From Candidatus Saccharimonadota bacterium (lineage in GTDB: Bacteria > Patescibacteriota > Saccharimonadia > Saccharimonadales > OFTM59), in the NCBI GenBank assembly GCA_029260875.1, contig JAJDCL010000017.1, positions 813 to 64,812 on the forward strand: a DNA stretch of 64,000 nucleotides, written 5' to 3'. Shown one piece after another: positions 41,335 through 51,482 of the stretch (position 1 is its first letter; every line of letters starts with the position of its first letter). Made by a program: the position numbers and the translations under genes. The notes under the pieces were generated by a model. That model was not told where the DNA came from and did not search any database. It saw only the letters and a list, made by a program, of their open reading frames with translations.

Positions 41335-43518
41335 CTAACCCCCGACATCCGTTCCCCTCAGCAACCTTAGGCCATTGAAAACAACAATCAGCGATGCGCC
41401 CATATCGGCGGCAATAGCCATCCAAAGCGTTGCTAGCTGAAATAGTGCCAAACCCAAGAAGGTCGCTTTTACTCCAAGAGCAAACACGATGTTTTGGCGG
41501 ATGATTCGAACGACGCGTTTTGAATGGAGAATGAGCCAGGGGATTTTCGATAGATCATCCGACATCAAGGCGATGTCGGCTGTCTCGATCGCGGCATCGG
41601 TTCCCGTAGCGCCCATTGCGATGCCGAGTGACGATGCCGCCATCGCAGGTGCGTCGTTTACACCATCTCCGATCATTGCCACGTGTCCATATTGTTTGAC
41701 CAACCTCTCAATGGCTGCCACTTTGTCTTCCGGCAACAATTCGGCATGGTATGTGTCGATGCCTGTTGCATTCGCTACGGACCTGGCAGTCGCTCGGTTA
41801 TCACCCGTCAACATCACAATGTGATTGACGCCTGCTTTCCGAATAGCTTTTACTGTGGAGGAAGCTGTTTCGCGAACACGATCAGACACGCCAATTAAGC
41901 CGCACACATGCGAATCCGTACCGACCGCGATCAGGGAGTGTGCTTCATCTTCGATGCGAATCGCCGACTTGTGCGTTTCAGGGAGTTCGGCGCCTTTCTC
42001 ATGCATAAAACGATGACTGCCAACCCAAAAGGGCTTGCCTTCGATAAAGGCCTCTGTTCCTCTTCCCTTAACATCGCGAATTCCAGCCGCACTTGGGCTT
42101 GTCATGCCCCGACGCGTGGCTTCTCGATTTATCGCACTGGCGATTGGATGGCCGCTCTCCGCCTCAAGCGCTGCTGCTCGCGACAGAACGTCATTCTCGG
42201 TGTGATCGTCAAAGGCCAGTATTCTTTCGACTTCGGGAGTTCCATAAGTGAGCGTCCCGGTTTTGTCCAAGGCCAGCGCATTCAGTCTAGATGGTACCTC
42301 CAGATACAATCCGCCCTTTATTAGCACGCCTGCCCGGGCTGCCGATGACAAGCCTGCTACGATGCTAACTGGCGTTGAAATCACCAACGCACAAGGACAA
42401 GCGATAACGAGCATCACAAGCGCTTGGTAGATCCAGTCTTCCCAGGATCCCACTCCGATGAGAGGGGGAACCACCGCGATGGCGACCGCAAACAACATGA
42501 TGATCGGTGTGTAATAACGAGCAAATGAATCTACCCACTGCTCAGAGTCCGATCGCCGTGACTGAGCGTCCTCCACCATGTGAATGATTCGAGCCAGAGT
42601 TGTGTCGTCGGCTGATTTCGTGGACTTGAATTCAAAGGCACCTTGTCCATTGATGGTGCCGGCAAAGACATCGTCGCCTACATGTTTGGAAACCGGACGT
42701 GATTCGCCGGTAATTGGAGCTTGATTAATAGTTGTTTCTCCCCTTAGGATCACTCCATCCAAGGGCACTTTTTCCCCGGGACGCACCAAGACGATGGATT
42801 CTTGGGGGATGCTGTCAATGGGCTTTTCCAAAATCTCCTGGTTCACCGGGTCTCTGTACCGGCCAGTAGTCGGAGACAAGTTCATCAGATCGGAAATCGC
42901 ACGACGAGCTCGCCCGACAGTCCACGATTCCAAGACCAATGACAAAGAGAAAAGAAAGGTCACAGCTGCCGCTTCGAACCACTCACTAATAAGAACAGCA
43001 CCAATGACCGCGATCGTCATTAATAAGTTCATATCAGGGCGCAGCCTTCGTGCAGAATAGAGGGCCTTGGGGGCAATGAACCAAGCACCGGCGACCATAC
43101 TCAATACATACAACAGCACAACTTCGACCGGTAATGGGTGTCCTTCACGCCCTCCCAAGGCATGAAGCAATCCCTCATGCTTGCACCAATGGACCAAGAG
43201 TCCAAGGATCATGGAGCACCCGCTAAACCCGGTCATGACTACCCGCCCTCGCTGAGCCCAGAAGGAGGCCTCCGGACGATGGTGCCATTCTTGCCACGGG
43301 ATCGCTTTCATACCAGTTCCGGCAACCATCGCTAACACCACCTCGGGATTGAAGTCAGAAGTGCACTCCACTGTCATCTTTGCATTCAGGACGTCAAACC
43401 GGATTTCTACGATGCCGGGAGCGCCATTCAACGCTTGGTTCAGTACCGCAACTTCTTCGGCACAATCCATACCCCTTATGCGGAAGTGTCTTGTTTGGGT
43501 AGATTGTTCAACCGTCAT
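41335..43518 (-). CDS. P1B-type heavy-metal ATPase, Zn/Cd/Pb (ZntA/CadA-like) subtype
   Basis: N-terminal HMA-like domain (RIRGMDCAEE), TM6 CPC (ACPCALVISTP), DKTGTLT, GDGVNDAPA, and a TM8 AADMGASLIVVFNGLRLL motif typical of P1B-2 pumps. Confidence 0.93.
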   Translation of the reverse strand: MTVEQSTQTRHFRIRGMDCAEEVAVLNQALNGAPGIVEIRFDVLNAKMTVECTSDFNPEVVLAMVAGTGMKAIPWQEWHHRPEASFWAQRGRVVMTGFSGCSMILGLLVHWCKHEGLLHALGGREGHPLPVEVVLLYVLSMVAGAWFIAPKALYSARRLRPDMNLLMTIAVIGAVLISEWFEAAAVTFLFSLSLVLESWTVGRARRAISDLMNLSPTTGRYRDPVNQEILEKPIDSIPQESIVLVRPGEKVPLDGVILRGETTINQAPITGESRPVSKHVGDDVFAGTINGQGAFEFKSTKSADDTTLARIIHMVEDAQSRRSDSEQWVDSFARYYTPIIMLFAVAIAVVPPLIGVGSWEDWIYQALVMLVIACPCALVISTPVSIVAGLSSAARAGVLIKGGLYLEVPSRLNALALDKTGTLTYGTPEVERILAFDDHTENDVLSRAAALEAESGHPIASAINREATRRGMTSPSAAGIRDVKGRGTEAFIEGKPFWVGSHRFMHEKGAELPETHKSAIRIEDEAHSLIAVGTDSHVCGLIGVSDRVRETASSTVKAIRKAGVNHIVMLTGDNRATARSVANATGIDTYHAELLPEDKVAAIERLVKQYGHVAMIGDGVNDAPAMAASSLGIAMGATGTDAAIETADIALMSDDLSKIPWLILHSKRVVRIIRQNIVFALGVKATFLGLALFQLATLWMAIAADMGASLIVVFNGLRLLRGTDVGG

Positions 43519-43838
43519 ACCGCATCTTCTCCTCCTTCGCCCGTACTGATTCGTAAGGCCTGTCCGATTTCACTTACGAAAATAATCCCATCGCCTTTAA
43601 GTCCCGTGTGGGCAGCCGCTGCGATCGTCTTAACCACCGCATCGACCACCTCATCTTTGCAGACGATCTCGATCTTTACGCCTGGGCGACAGTCCGCCCC
43701 TCCTTCACCTATTCTCCAGCCTTGACCAAAGCCAGAGGAGTGAAGAACGCTCATTCCGGTTAGATTTCCCACCTTTCGAAGAGCAGTAACCACCGGGTCA
43801 AGCTTGTGCCTTTTGATATATGCCTTTATCTCCTTCAT
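43515..43838 (-). CDS. P-II (GlnB-like) family small signalling protein
   Basis: MKEIKAYIKRHKLDPVVTALRKVGNLTGMSV...GFGQG parallels the GlnB N-terminus and T-loop region. ATGA overlap with the ATPase gene. Confidence 0.7.
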   Translation of the reverse strand: MKEIKAYIKRHKLDPVVTALRKVGNLTGMSVLHSSGFGQGWRIGEGGADCRPGVKIEIVCKDEVVDAVVKTIAAAAHTGLKGDGIIFVSEIGQALRISTGEGGEDAV

Positions 43839-43853
43839 CGCATTCTCCTTTAA

Positions 43854-46800
43854 TCATTTTTCCTTTTCAACGGGTACGGCGAACCATTTGTAGAGAGCCG
43901 GTACGACCAGAAGGGTCAGAATCGTCGAAGTCACCAGTCCCCCCACAACAACCGTAGCTAGGGGCCGTTGAACCTCACTACCGGTACCGCTGGAGAAGAG
44001 CAAAGGGATCAGACCCAATGCCGTTGTGATGGCCGTCATGAGGACCGGTCTTAGCCGCAGGCATGCGCCTTGTACCGAGGCTACGTCAAGGGATACACCG
44101 TTCCTGAGAAGTTGATTCAAATAAGTCACCAGAACCATCCCGTTTTCCAAGGCAATACCAAAAAGCGCAATAAATCCCACAGATGCCGGGACTGATAGAT
44201 TCTGTCCAGTGAGCCAGAGGGCAACTACTCCACCTACTAAGGCGAGTGGGATGTTCAACAAGATAAGAATCGAGTTCTTTAGCGAGTTGAAACTAGAAAA
44301 CAAGAGCAGAAAGACGATCAGCAACGTGATTGGAACCACGACGGAGAGTCTCCTATTTGCTTGCTGTTGGAGTTTGAACTGGCCACCCCAAGTAACAAGG
44401 TAACCGGGAGGCAAATCCACTCCTGCATCGATCGCATTCTGAGCGTCTTCAACAAAGGAGACAATATCTCGCCCCGTTACGTTGCATTGCACGGTGATAA
44501 ACCGCTGATTGTTCTCACGGGTGATCTGACGGGGACCAATAATCTCCTCAATCGACGCGAGTTGGTCCAAAGGCACCTTAGTGCCAATGGGCGAGGTAAT
44601 CAGAATCTGCCGAATCACGCTAACGCTGTCCCGAGCCTTTTTGTCGAAACGTACAAAGATATCAAATCGGCGGATTCCTTCGAAGATTTGACCCGCCGTT
44701 TCGCCACCAACGGCTGTCCGAATGACGTTTTGCACGTCTTCGACATTGATTCCATACCGCGCAATGGCTTGCCGATCGACCGTAATACGCAATTGCGGTG
44801 TTCCGGAGACTTGGTCGGCTTGCACATCTGCTGCGCCTTCCACTTCGCGAACGACTGCCGCAATTTCGTCAGCTTTCTTCTTGAGTTCGGCCAAATCAGC
44901 ACCGAAGAGCTTAATAGCGAGTTCGGCACGGACGCCTTCCAGTAGTTCATCCACCGTCATTGCGATTGGTTGGGTGAAATTGGTGAGTACACCCGGTATA
45001 TCACCTAACTCGTCGCGTATAATCTCGCGTAGCCCTTCTTGTGTTTGAGTTCGTTGCCACTGGTCTCTCGGTTTGAGCAGAACATATATTTCGGCACTAT
45101 TGATCGGGTCCGTATGCGCCCCAACCTCACCACGCCCGATGCGAGTCACCGCCCCCGTCACCTCGGGGATCGCAGTCAGTCTTTTTTCAACCAGCATGGT
45201 GACCTTCGTGCTTTCGTTCAAAGAGATGGACGGCGCCATTGTCAGGCGCACGACGATTGTCCCTTCCTGGAGTTCCGGAGTGAATTCCGCACCGAGCCGC
45301 GGAAAAATGAGGCCACCTATCAGCATTAGAGTCCCAGCCAGTACCACGGCCAGATAACGGCGCTTAACGAAGAATCCGACTAATGGTTTGTAGGGTTTCA
45401 TCATCAATCTGACAATAAAGGCATCTTCATTCGAGGCCTTGTCTTCTTTCTTATCCGGTCGTTTCATCAGGAATGAGGCAACGACCGGGGATAGAAAAAT
45501 CGCAAAAATGAGTGACCCAAGCATCGCCAGGGCCACTGTGTATGCCAGGGGTCGAAACGTCTTTCCTTCGACTCCCTGAAGCGTAAAAAGAGGCAAGAAG
45601 ACAATGATGATAATGGAAATTGCAAACAAAATCGGCCGGGCCACTTCTGCACAGGCCTTTGCAATGACGTAGACCCTGCGATCGCCGGCACTTGACATCC
45701 GCAGCCACCGATCAATATTTTCTGTGATAACGATTGTGCCGTCCACCATCATGCCAATTGCGATGGCTAGACCCCCAAGTGACATTAGGTTTGCAGAGAT
45801 GCCAAAGAAGTGCATACTCAGTGTTGCGAACAGCACGGAAAACGGAATCGACAGAGCCACAACAATACTAGGCCGGAACCCACCCATGAAAACCATGAGT
45901 ACGATGATCACAAGTACGATTCCTTGAATCAACGCGTTCGTTACCGTCGCGACGCAGGCATTGATGAGCGTTTTTTGTTCGTAATAGGGAACAATCTCGA
46001 TTCCATCGGGCAGGATGCTGTTGATTTCGGTGAGCTTTTCTTCAACTTGTCCGATGACGGTAGAGGAGTTGGTGCCGAAAAGCTTAATCACCATTCCGGC
46101 CACAACCTCTTCAACACCATTTCTCGTCTGCACACCTCGTCGAACGGCGCCACCGATACCAACCGTACCCAATTGATTCAGAAAAACAGGTGTCCCATCT
46201 AGGGTCTTGATAACAATGTGCTTCATCTCCTCCATGTTGGAGGTAAGCCCGACCGATCGAACAATAAATTCTTCGGCGTCCTTCTCAATAAACTGGGCGC
46301 CGACATTCAGATTGTTGGCCTTGATCTTTTCGATCACTTCGTTAATCGTGACATCATACCGAAGCAGGGCGGATGGGTCGATATTCACATGGTATTGTTT
46401 CTCCCAGCCTCCTATGCCAAGAATCTCGGTCACTCCTGGAACTGTTTGAAGGTGGAATTTGACAAGCCAGTCCTGAATGGTCCTCAACTCCTCAAGAGAG
46501 TGGGACCCGTTTTTGTCTTCGAGGTAATAGAAAAGAACCAACCCCATCCCAGTTGATATAGGCCCCATTACCGGCTCACCAAAGCCTTCGGGAATCTGAT
46601 CCTTTGCCTCTTGAAGGCGCTCATTTAACACCTGCCGGGCGAAATAGATATCGGTGCCATCTTTGAAATAGACATTGACGACCGAAAGCCCGAAGTTGGA
46701 GACGGATCGAATCTTCTCCAGGTCGGGCAAGCCATTCATTGCCGTTTCGATTGGGTAGGTGACGTATTTCTCAACATCTTCGGGCGACAACCCTTCGGTT

Positions 46801-46952
46801 TCGGTGAAGACTTGGACCAGTGAAGGAGACACGTCGGGAAAGGCATCCACTGGGAGCTGTTTGTAGCTTAGCAGTCCTGATACCATCACAAGGGCGCCCA
46901 GCACAATGATCAGTAAGCGATTGTGAAGGACAAAATGAATTAATTTTTCCAT
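43854..46952 (-). CDS. heavy-metal efflux RND pump (CusA/CzcA family)
   Basis: 1032 aa with RND architecture. The TM4 motif here is GGLAIAIGMMVDGTIVITEN (AIG..DGT..TEN), different from the DFG..DGA..VEN of the first pump. Confidence 0.9.
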   Translation of the reverse strand: MEKLIHFVLHNRLLIIVLGALVMVSGLLSYKQLPVDAFPDVSPSLVQVFTETEGLSPEDVEKYVTYPIETAMNGLPDLEKIRSVSNFGLSVVNVYFKDGTDIYFARQVLNERLQEAKDQIPEGFGEPVMGPISTGMGLVLFYYLEDKNGSHSLEELRTIQDWLVKFHLQTVPGVTEILGIGGWEKQYHVNIDPSALLRYDVTINEVIEKIKANNLNVGAQFIEKDAEEFIVRSVGLTSNMEEMKHIVIKTLDGTPVFLNQLGTVGIGGAVRRGVQTRNGVEEVVAGMVIKLFGTNSSTVIGQVEEKLTEINSILPDGIEIVPYYEQKTLINACVATVTNALIQGIVLVIIVLMVFMGGFRPSIVVALSIPFSVLFATLSMHFFGISANLMSLGGLAIAIGMMVDGTIVITENIDRWLRMSSAGDRRVYVIAKACAEVARPILFAISIIIIVFLPLFTLQGVEGKTFRPLAYTVALAMLGSLIFAIFLSPVVASFLMKRPDKKEDKASNEDAFIVRLMMKPYKPLVGFFVKRRYLAVVLAGTLMLIGGLIFPRLGAEFTPELQEGTIVVRLTMAPSISLNESTKVTMLVEKRLTAIPEVTGAVTRIGRGEVGAHTDPINSAEIYVLLKPRDQWQRTQTQEGLREIIRDELGDIPGVLTNFTQPIAMTVDELLEGVRAELAIKLFGADLAELKKKADEIAAVVREVEGAADVQADQVSGTPQLRITVDRQAIARYGINVEDVQNVIRTAVGGETAGQIFEGIRRFDIFVRFDKKARDSVSVIRQILITSPIGTKVPLDQLASIEEIIGPRQITRENNQRFITVQCNVTGRDIVSFVEDAQNAIDAGVDLPPGYLVTWGGQFKLQQQANRRLSVVVPITLLIVFLLLFSSFNSLKNSILILLNIPLALVGGVVALWLTGQNLSVPASVGFIALFGIALENGMVLVTYLNQLLRNGVSLDVASVQGACLRLRPVLMTAITTALGLIPLLFSSGTGSEVQRPLATVVVGGLVTSTILTLLVVPALYKWFAVPVEKEK

Positions 46953-46964
46953 GCTCTCCTCTTT

Positions 46965-48215
46965 CTAGTGGCTATGGCCTTCATCGAAGGCCCCTTTGGA
47001 CAATTGGGTTTTGAGCGTGAATGCGCCTTGGCTCGCGTAGGATTGGCTCGCTTGTAGTCCAGACACGATTTCTATATGCGTTTCGCTTTCCTGCCCAGTT
47101 TCGACTTGATGAGGTTCAAAACCATCGTCAGTCTTCACGAAAATGACGGTCCGATCGTCAACCGACTGCATTGCGGTTTTGGGCACACAGATATCGACCT
47201 GAACTCGAGCTAAGGCGACTCGTGCGGTCACGAATTGGCCGGGCCTCAGGTCGCCATTGGGGTTGGATAAAACAACACGAGCTTTCGCCGTCCGCGTGGA
47301 TTCACCCACCAACGGCCCGACCCAGTCAATCTCACCAACGACATTGTCGAGCCCAGAATCGATACTAATAGCGACGCGTTGGCCCTTCCGAACGGCTGCG
47401 AGGTCTTTTTGATAGACATTGATATCGACCCAAACCGAGGACAGATCGGCGATCGTAAAAACCGATGTGTTACTTTCCAATGTCTCCCCCAAGGTGATGT
47501 GTTTGTCAATTATCGTGCCTTGGAATGGTGCTTTGATTTCGTAGTAAGTAAATGAGCTGTCAGGGCTCTCTTCCAATTTGCTGACATCTGAAAAACCCAA
47601 CGCGCGTAATTTGTGCTGCGATGTAGTGAAGGCGACACGCTCTTCGGCAAGCGCTTTGCGTGCCTCAAGATAATCTCTCTTGGCAGAAATCTTTCTTTCC
47701 CACAACAACTGTTCTCGTTCCAGTGAGGCTTCAGCCAGCGCCGACCGTGCTTTTCCTGCCAAATATTCAGCTTTTGCATCCGCGAGTTCACGACTCTCAA
47801 TGACCGCCAAGACTTCTCCATTCTCAACATAGTCGCCGAGGGTCTTGAACACCTCTCTGACGATTCCCGAGAGGCGAGGAGGGACATGGGCCAATCGGTC
47901 GGAATTAAGCACGATTTCTCCAGGAAGGTTAACAAACCGATCCAGATGACCGGGCCCTGCAATGGCAATTTCTATGCCGAACTCCTCCAGCTCAGTGGGA
48001 GACAGGTTAACCACCTCCTCCTCACCCTCATGACCGTGTTCGTCCTCTTCTGAGTCGTCGTGCTGCCCAACTTGAATGTGTTCCTCATGATTATCAGACT
48101 CGTTTTCATTTGCGTGGTCTTGCTGCGCGCAGCCATAGGCAAATAGGCTGGCAACCGCCATTGCAATTAAGAGAGCACGGATTATCTTGGGTTTTTCGCT
48201 TGAGTTCATGATCAA
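46965..48215 (-). CDS. RND efflux periplasmic adaptor with a His/Asp/Glu-rich N-terminal region
   Basis: Lipoprotein-like N-terminus (AYGCAQ), HEEHIQVGQHDDSEEDEHGHEGEEE, then MFP barrel/lipoyl motifs. Confidence 0.85.
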   Translation of the reverse strand: MIMNSSEKPKIIRALLIAMAVASLFAYGCAQQDHANENESDNHEEHIQVGQHDDSEEDEHGHEGEEEVVNLSPTELEEFGIEIAIAGPGHLDRFVNLPGEIVLNSDRLAHVPPRLSGIVREVFKTLGDYVENGEVLAVIESRELADAKAEYLAGKARSALAEASLEREQLLWERKISAKRDYLEARKALAEERVAFTTSQHKLRALGFSDVSKLEESPDSSFTYYEIKAPFQGTIIDKHITLGETLESNTSVFTIADLSSVWVDINVYQKDLAAVRKGQRVAISIDSGLDNVVGEIDWVGPLVGESTRTAKARVVLSNPNGDLRPGQFVTARVALARVQVDICVPKTAMQSVDDRTVIFVKTDDGFEPHQVETGQESETHIEIVSGLQASQSYASQGAFTLKTQLSKGAFDEGHSH

Positions 48216-49561
48216 TTCTCCTCTTTTGGTGATTCGGGAATGGTTAGGATGGAAACCCCGATTAGGCGCTCCACGTCGGCCCTTGCCTTGTGATAAGCAG
48301 CAAGGACGTCGATGTATTGGCTTTTGACCTCGAAGAGCGTTCGCTGTACATCCAAGACCTCGAGAAAACTAAATTTGCCAGCTACATAGCCAAGGTCGAT
48401 AGCCGCAAAGGCCTTTTCGGCCGATGGTATTATTTCTTGTTGTAGCGTCACAACAGCGAGGTACGCCGCTCTGAGTTCACGGTATCTATTGGCCAAATTG
48501 GAGTATGCCGATAGACGTGTGGCTTCTATTTCGAAGCCAACTTGCGATTTGGCGGCACGTGCTGCGGCGATATTCCCTTGGTTGCGATCAGAAATTGAGA
48601 GAGGGATCGAGATTCCCAAGACATAAGCCCGTTCATCGGACTCCCCGAACTTACGGACACCCGCACTTACGGTCAGGTCGGGAATCGCGTTGGCCTTTTC
48701 GAGTCTAAGCCGAACGTCACGGAGTCTTTCTTCAGCCTCCCAACGTGCTATGTCTGGATTCCCCCGCAAATAAGACTGAAGTTGATCCAGAGTTGGGATA
48801 GGCTCCACTTGCTCCAAGTCGCCTACCACACTCTCGAATATCATGGTCTCCTGTCCCCAAAGGGCGGCCAGGGTTTTACGGGCCGCCTCAAGCTCAAAAC
48901 GGGCTTGTTCGCGGGCAATATGAGCGGTCGAGAGTGTTACTTGTGCTCTGGTTTGCTCCACCGGGGAGCTTTCTCCCGCTTCAACGCGTTCAACGACGGT
49001 CTGAAAAAACCGCTGCGTTAATTGTTCCAGTTCTCTGGCTTGATCAACCCCGATTTGCGCGGCCAATACTGCGACAAAGGACCGGGTCGTGGCCATCAGT
49101 ATGTCAAGGCGCTTCGATTCGTAATCCCATCCAGCCAGCTCCGCCATGAGAGTCGAGGCGGAACGGCCTTTTTGCCGTTTTCCTCCGAGCCTAATGAGTT
49201 GACTGATAGCAATCGTGTCTTCGCTTAGCCTACTTCCCGAGAACGCGCCGCTACCTGCAAAATTCTCTCGTTCCATAACCAACTCTGGGTTGGAGATAAG
49301 CCCCGATTGTATGGCTTCCGCCTCCTTGACTCGAATCTCCCAAGAAAAAGCTGTCAATTCCGGGTTATGCAACAAGACCAGCGCAAGAGCCTGGCTCAAC
49401 GTCAATTCATCAGCCAACACAACGACATCTTGTTGCACGGACTGTAGAGCGGGCAAGTCCTGTATTTGGTGCTGCTCCGTTTGAGTTGGTGGTGGTAAAG
49501 TAGCTCCCTTCGCGGCCAACGGTGCCGCCAAGAGCAACGCGAAGATGGGTAAAGATTTCAT
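48212..49561 (-). CDS. TolC/CzcC-family outer-membrane efflux factor
   Basis: Signal peptide, OMF repeats and ATGA overlap with the MFP gene. Confidence 0.85.
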   Translation of the reverse strand: MKSLPIFALLLAAPLAAKGATLPPPTQTEQHQIQDLPALQSVQQDVVVLADELTLSQALALVLLHNPELTAFSWEIRVKEAEAIQSGLISNPELVMERENFAGSGAFSGSRLSEDTIAISQLIRLGGKRQKGRSASTLMAELAGWDYESKRLDILMATTRSFVAVLAAQIGVDQARELEQLTQRFFQTVVERVEAGESSPVEQTRAQVTLSTAHIAREQARFELEAARKTLAALWGQETMIFESVVGDLEQVEPIPTLDQLQSYLRGNPDIARWEAEERLRDVRLRLEKANAIPDLTVSAGVRKFGESDERAYVLGISIPLSISDRNQGNIAAARAAKSQVGFEIEATRLSAYSNLANRYRELRAAYLAVVTLQQEIIPSAEKAFAAIDLGYVAGKFSFLEVLDVQRTLFEVKSQYIDVLAAYHKARADVERLIGVSILTIPESPKEEN

Positions 49562-49788
49562 AAAATGGGTCCTCCATATGGGCGGTTACGCACCCTTTCC
49601 TTGCCCCGAGCGGCAATGAGGATTGAAGGGTACTAACCGTGTTGATCAAGACAAACAGACTAGAAGGGTCACCCCTGAGGGCACTCACCTTACATGTCGG
49701 GCTTTAGGCTTCTTGAGAGCCCCAACGCCGTTGTTGCTGCCGAGATTAAATCTCGCTGCAGCATTTCGATCTCCGCGGTTCGCTCGGT

Positions 49789-50199
49789 CTAAATAATGAG
49801 GATCACGGTTTTTAGAATGAGAAATGTCCGGCCATGGACAGCAGAAGCCGTCAGAGCGACACCGTTGGAATTGAAGACCGTGATTTGAGGAAACCTGGTG
49901 GCCAGAAAACCAGTCACTGATTCGAATAGATTGGGAACCACACAGTCAGGTTTTTCCTGTGTAGAATAGAGACTGTTTTCCAGGGGAATATCGACGCAAA
50001 TACCGCAATGGGCTGTTGTTGAGTGAACTGGAGCGGGAGTGTTATTTTCTGATATGTCGTGCCAAGAAGAACAGTTCCCCATTGTAGATCTCTCGATTTC
50101 AATATGGCCATCAGCGCCAATACATCGAACAAGATCGTTGTTTGGGGCAGCACATATCAGCACACTGAAGATGCTGATCATTGCTATTGAGGTTCTCAT
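49789..50199 (-). CDS. hypothetical small exported Cys/His-containing protein upstream of the second RND operon
   Basis: The likely start is MRTSIAMISIFSVLICAAP (signal-like). Several Cys/His residues follow (CIGADGHIE, CSSWHD, HCGICVD). Start uncertain. Confidence 0.35.
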   Translation of the reverse strand: MRTSIAMISIFSVLICAAPNNDLVRCIGADGHIEIERSTMGNCSSWHDISENNTPAPVHSTTAHCGICVDIPLENSLYSTQEKPDCVVPNLFESVTGFLATRFPQITVFNSNGVALTASAVHGRTFLILKTVILII

Positions 50200-50461
50200 G
50201 AAAAACAACAGACACTCCTCCCGTCGCATTATTATACGAAAAAACGGGAACATCGTTGAACAAATTCTGAGTGGCAGTGACGAATTTGGGGTAATCCGGC
50301 TCAAAAAGGGAGCAAATCGTGGAATGATGCATAGCCCACGCTGTCAGCCCTGGAATCCTTGATAACGACGTAGACTTGCCTTTAAAAGTGGAAACATTCC
50401 ACGGAACCCAACGATCAGCTTGGTGTCCTGGGGGTTCGAGACAATTAGGAAAAAACGAACG

Positions 50462-50537
50462 TTTTTCCTAATACAATCACGGACCATGAAATCGCTGAAC
50501 TTCACCCATGAACACCTTCTAAATCAGGATGTCATCC
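50462..50537 (+). repeat. relic of a Tn3-family res/tnpA 5' junction
   Basis: 50480-50537 is 58/58 identical to 35438-35495 (including the tnpA start MKSLNFTHEHLLNQ). The preceding about 18 bp are similar but diverged. Homology stops abruptly at 50537. Confidence 0.85.
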
Positions 50538-50597
50538 CGATCGTTGCGCTGACGTACGCTAAACTGGTTGATCCGTGTTTCCCCACTTATCCCTGTA

Positions 50598-51482
50598 TCA
50601 TTTGAATGAACTGAACACAATACCGATTCCGATATTGAGCTCATTCCCTTTTGAAAGCTGAATGCCTTTTACCCTATCAAACGCTGGTATTTTGTACTCA
50701 GCTCTTACCATGATGTTGTTAACGTAATAGACGAACACCGGACCAAAGTGAACATTGGTGCCGCCCGTGGTTCCACTCAAATCTTCACCTTCTTCTCTGT
50801 GACGAGCGGAAACATCCATCATCAAAAAGATGCCTCTGTTTTCGAGATTATTGTGAATGGGATGGTAGCCGACATTAATGTCGAGTGCCAGCTCATCACC
50901 CTCATCGATACCACGGGTTCCGCTGTTGTTTTTCCAGTAGTAGAGATCGTAATATTGATAGATTTTGGCTGTCTCTTTACTTTTGGAAAAGCTTACCCCT
51001 ATATCAATACTTCCGTCCCCGAAAGGAAGATCACTGTCAGTGCTACCGGTCGGTAAGCGAATACTGGGTGTGAATGCTATATTTCCTGTCATGGTGGATT
51101 GGTTTTTGTATTTTTTCAGTGGAACACCAATGATAAGATCGCCGACCCCAGCATCCGTCATTTGTGCAGGTGCACCATCACGCAACAGGGTGTAACTCTT
51201 ATGAATCCACGGGAGCTTAAAAGAAAGTCGTACCCCTCGCCGAAACGTGTAAATACCTTCCAGCCAAGTTTTGTCGATCTTTTTTTCCAATCCCAATGGA
51301 TTGGCCAGATCCGTATCGCCGTTCATTAAGTTGTCGAAAAGTTGGGATTCTTGACGAATCTGGAACCCAAACCCGTCTTTCCACCTAGGTGCCATGTCCA
51401 TCACCGGCTGATGCGCCCAAAGGGAGTTAGGAATCACGCAGAAAAATCCAAGGGCGATTCTTGCCGTTATTGTGTCCTTCAT
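50598..51482 (-). CDS. putative outer-membrane beta-barrel protein
   Basis: Signal peptide (ALGFFCVIPNSLWA), alternating beta-strand pattern and an aromatic residue near the C-terminus (...GIVFSSFK). 4-bp overlap with the upstream HMA-domain gene. Confidence 0.5.
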   Translation of the reverse strand: MKDTITARIALGFFCVIPNSLWAHQPVMDMAPRWKDGFGFQIRQESQLFDNLMNGDTDLANPLGLEKKIDKTWLEGIYTFRRGVRLSFKLPWIHKSYTLLRDGAPAQMTDAGVGDLIIGVPLKKYKNQSTMTGNIAFTPSIRLPTGSTDSDLPFGDGSIDIGVSFSKSKETAKIYQYYDLYYWKNNSGTRGIDEGDELALDINVGYHPIHNNLENRGIFLMMDVSARHREEGEDLSGTTGGTNVHFGPVFVYYVNNIMVRAEYKIPAFDRVKGIQLSKGNELNIGIGIVFSSFK

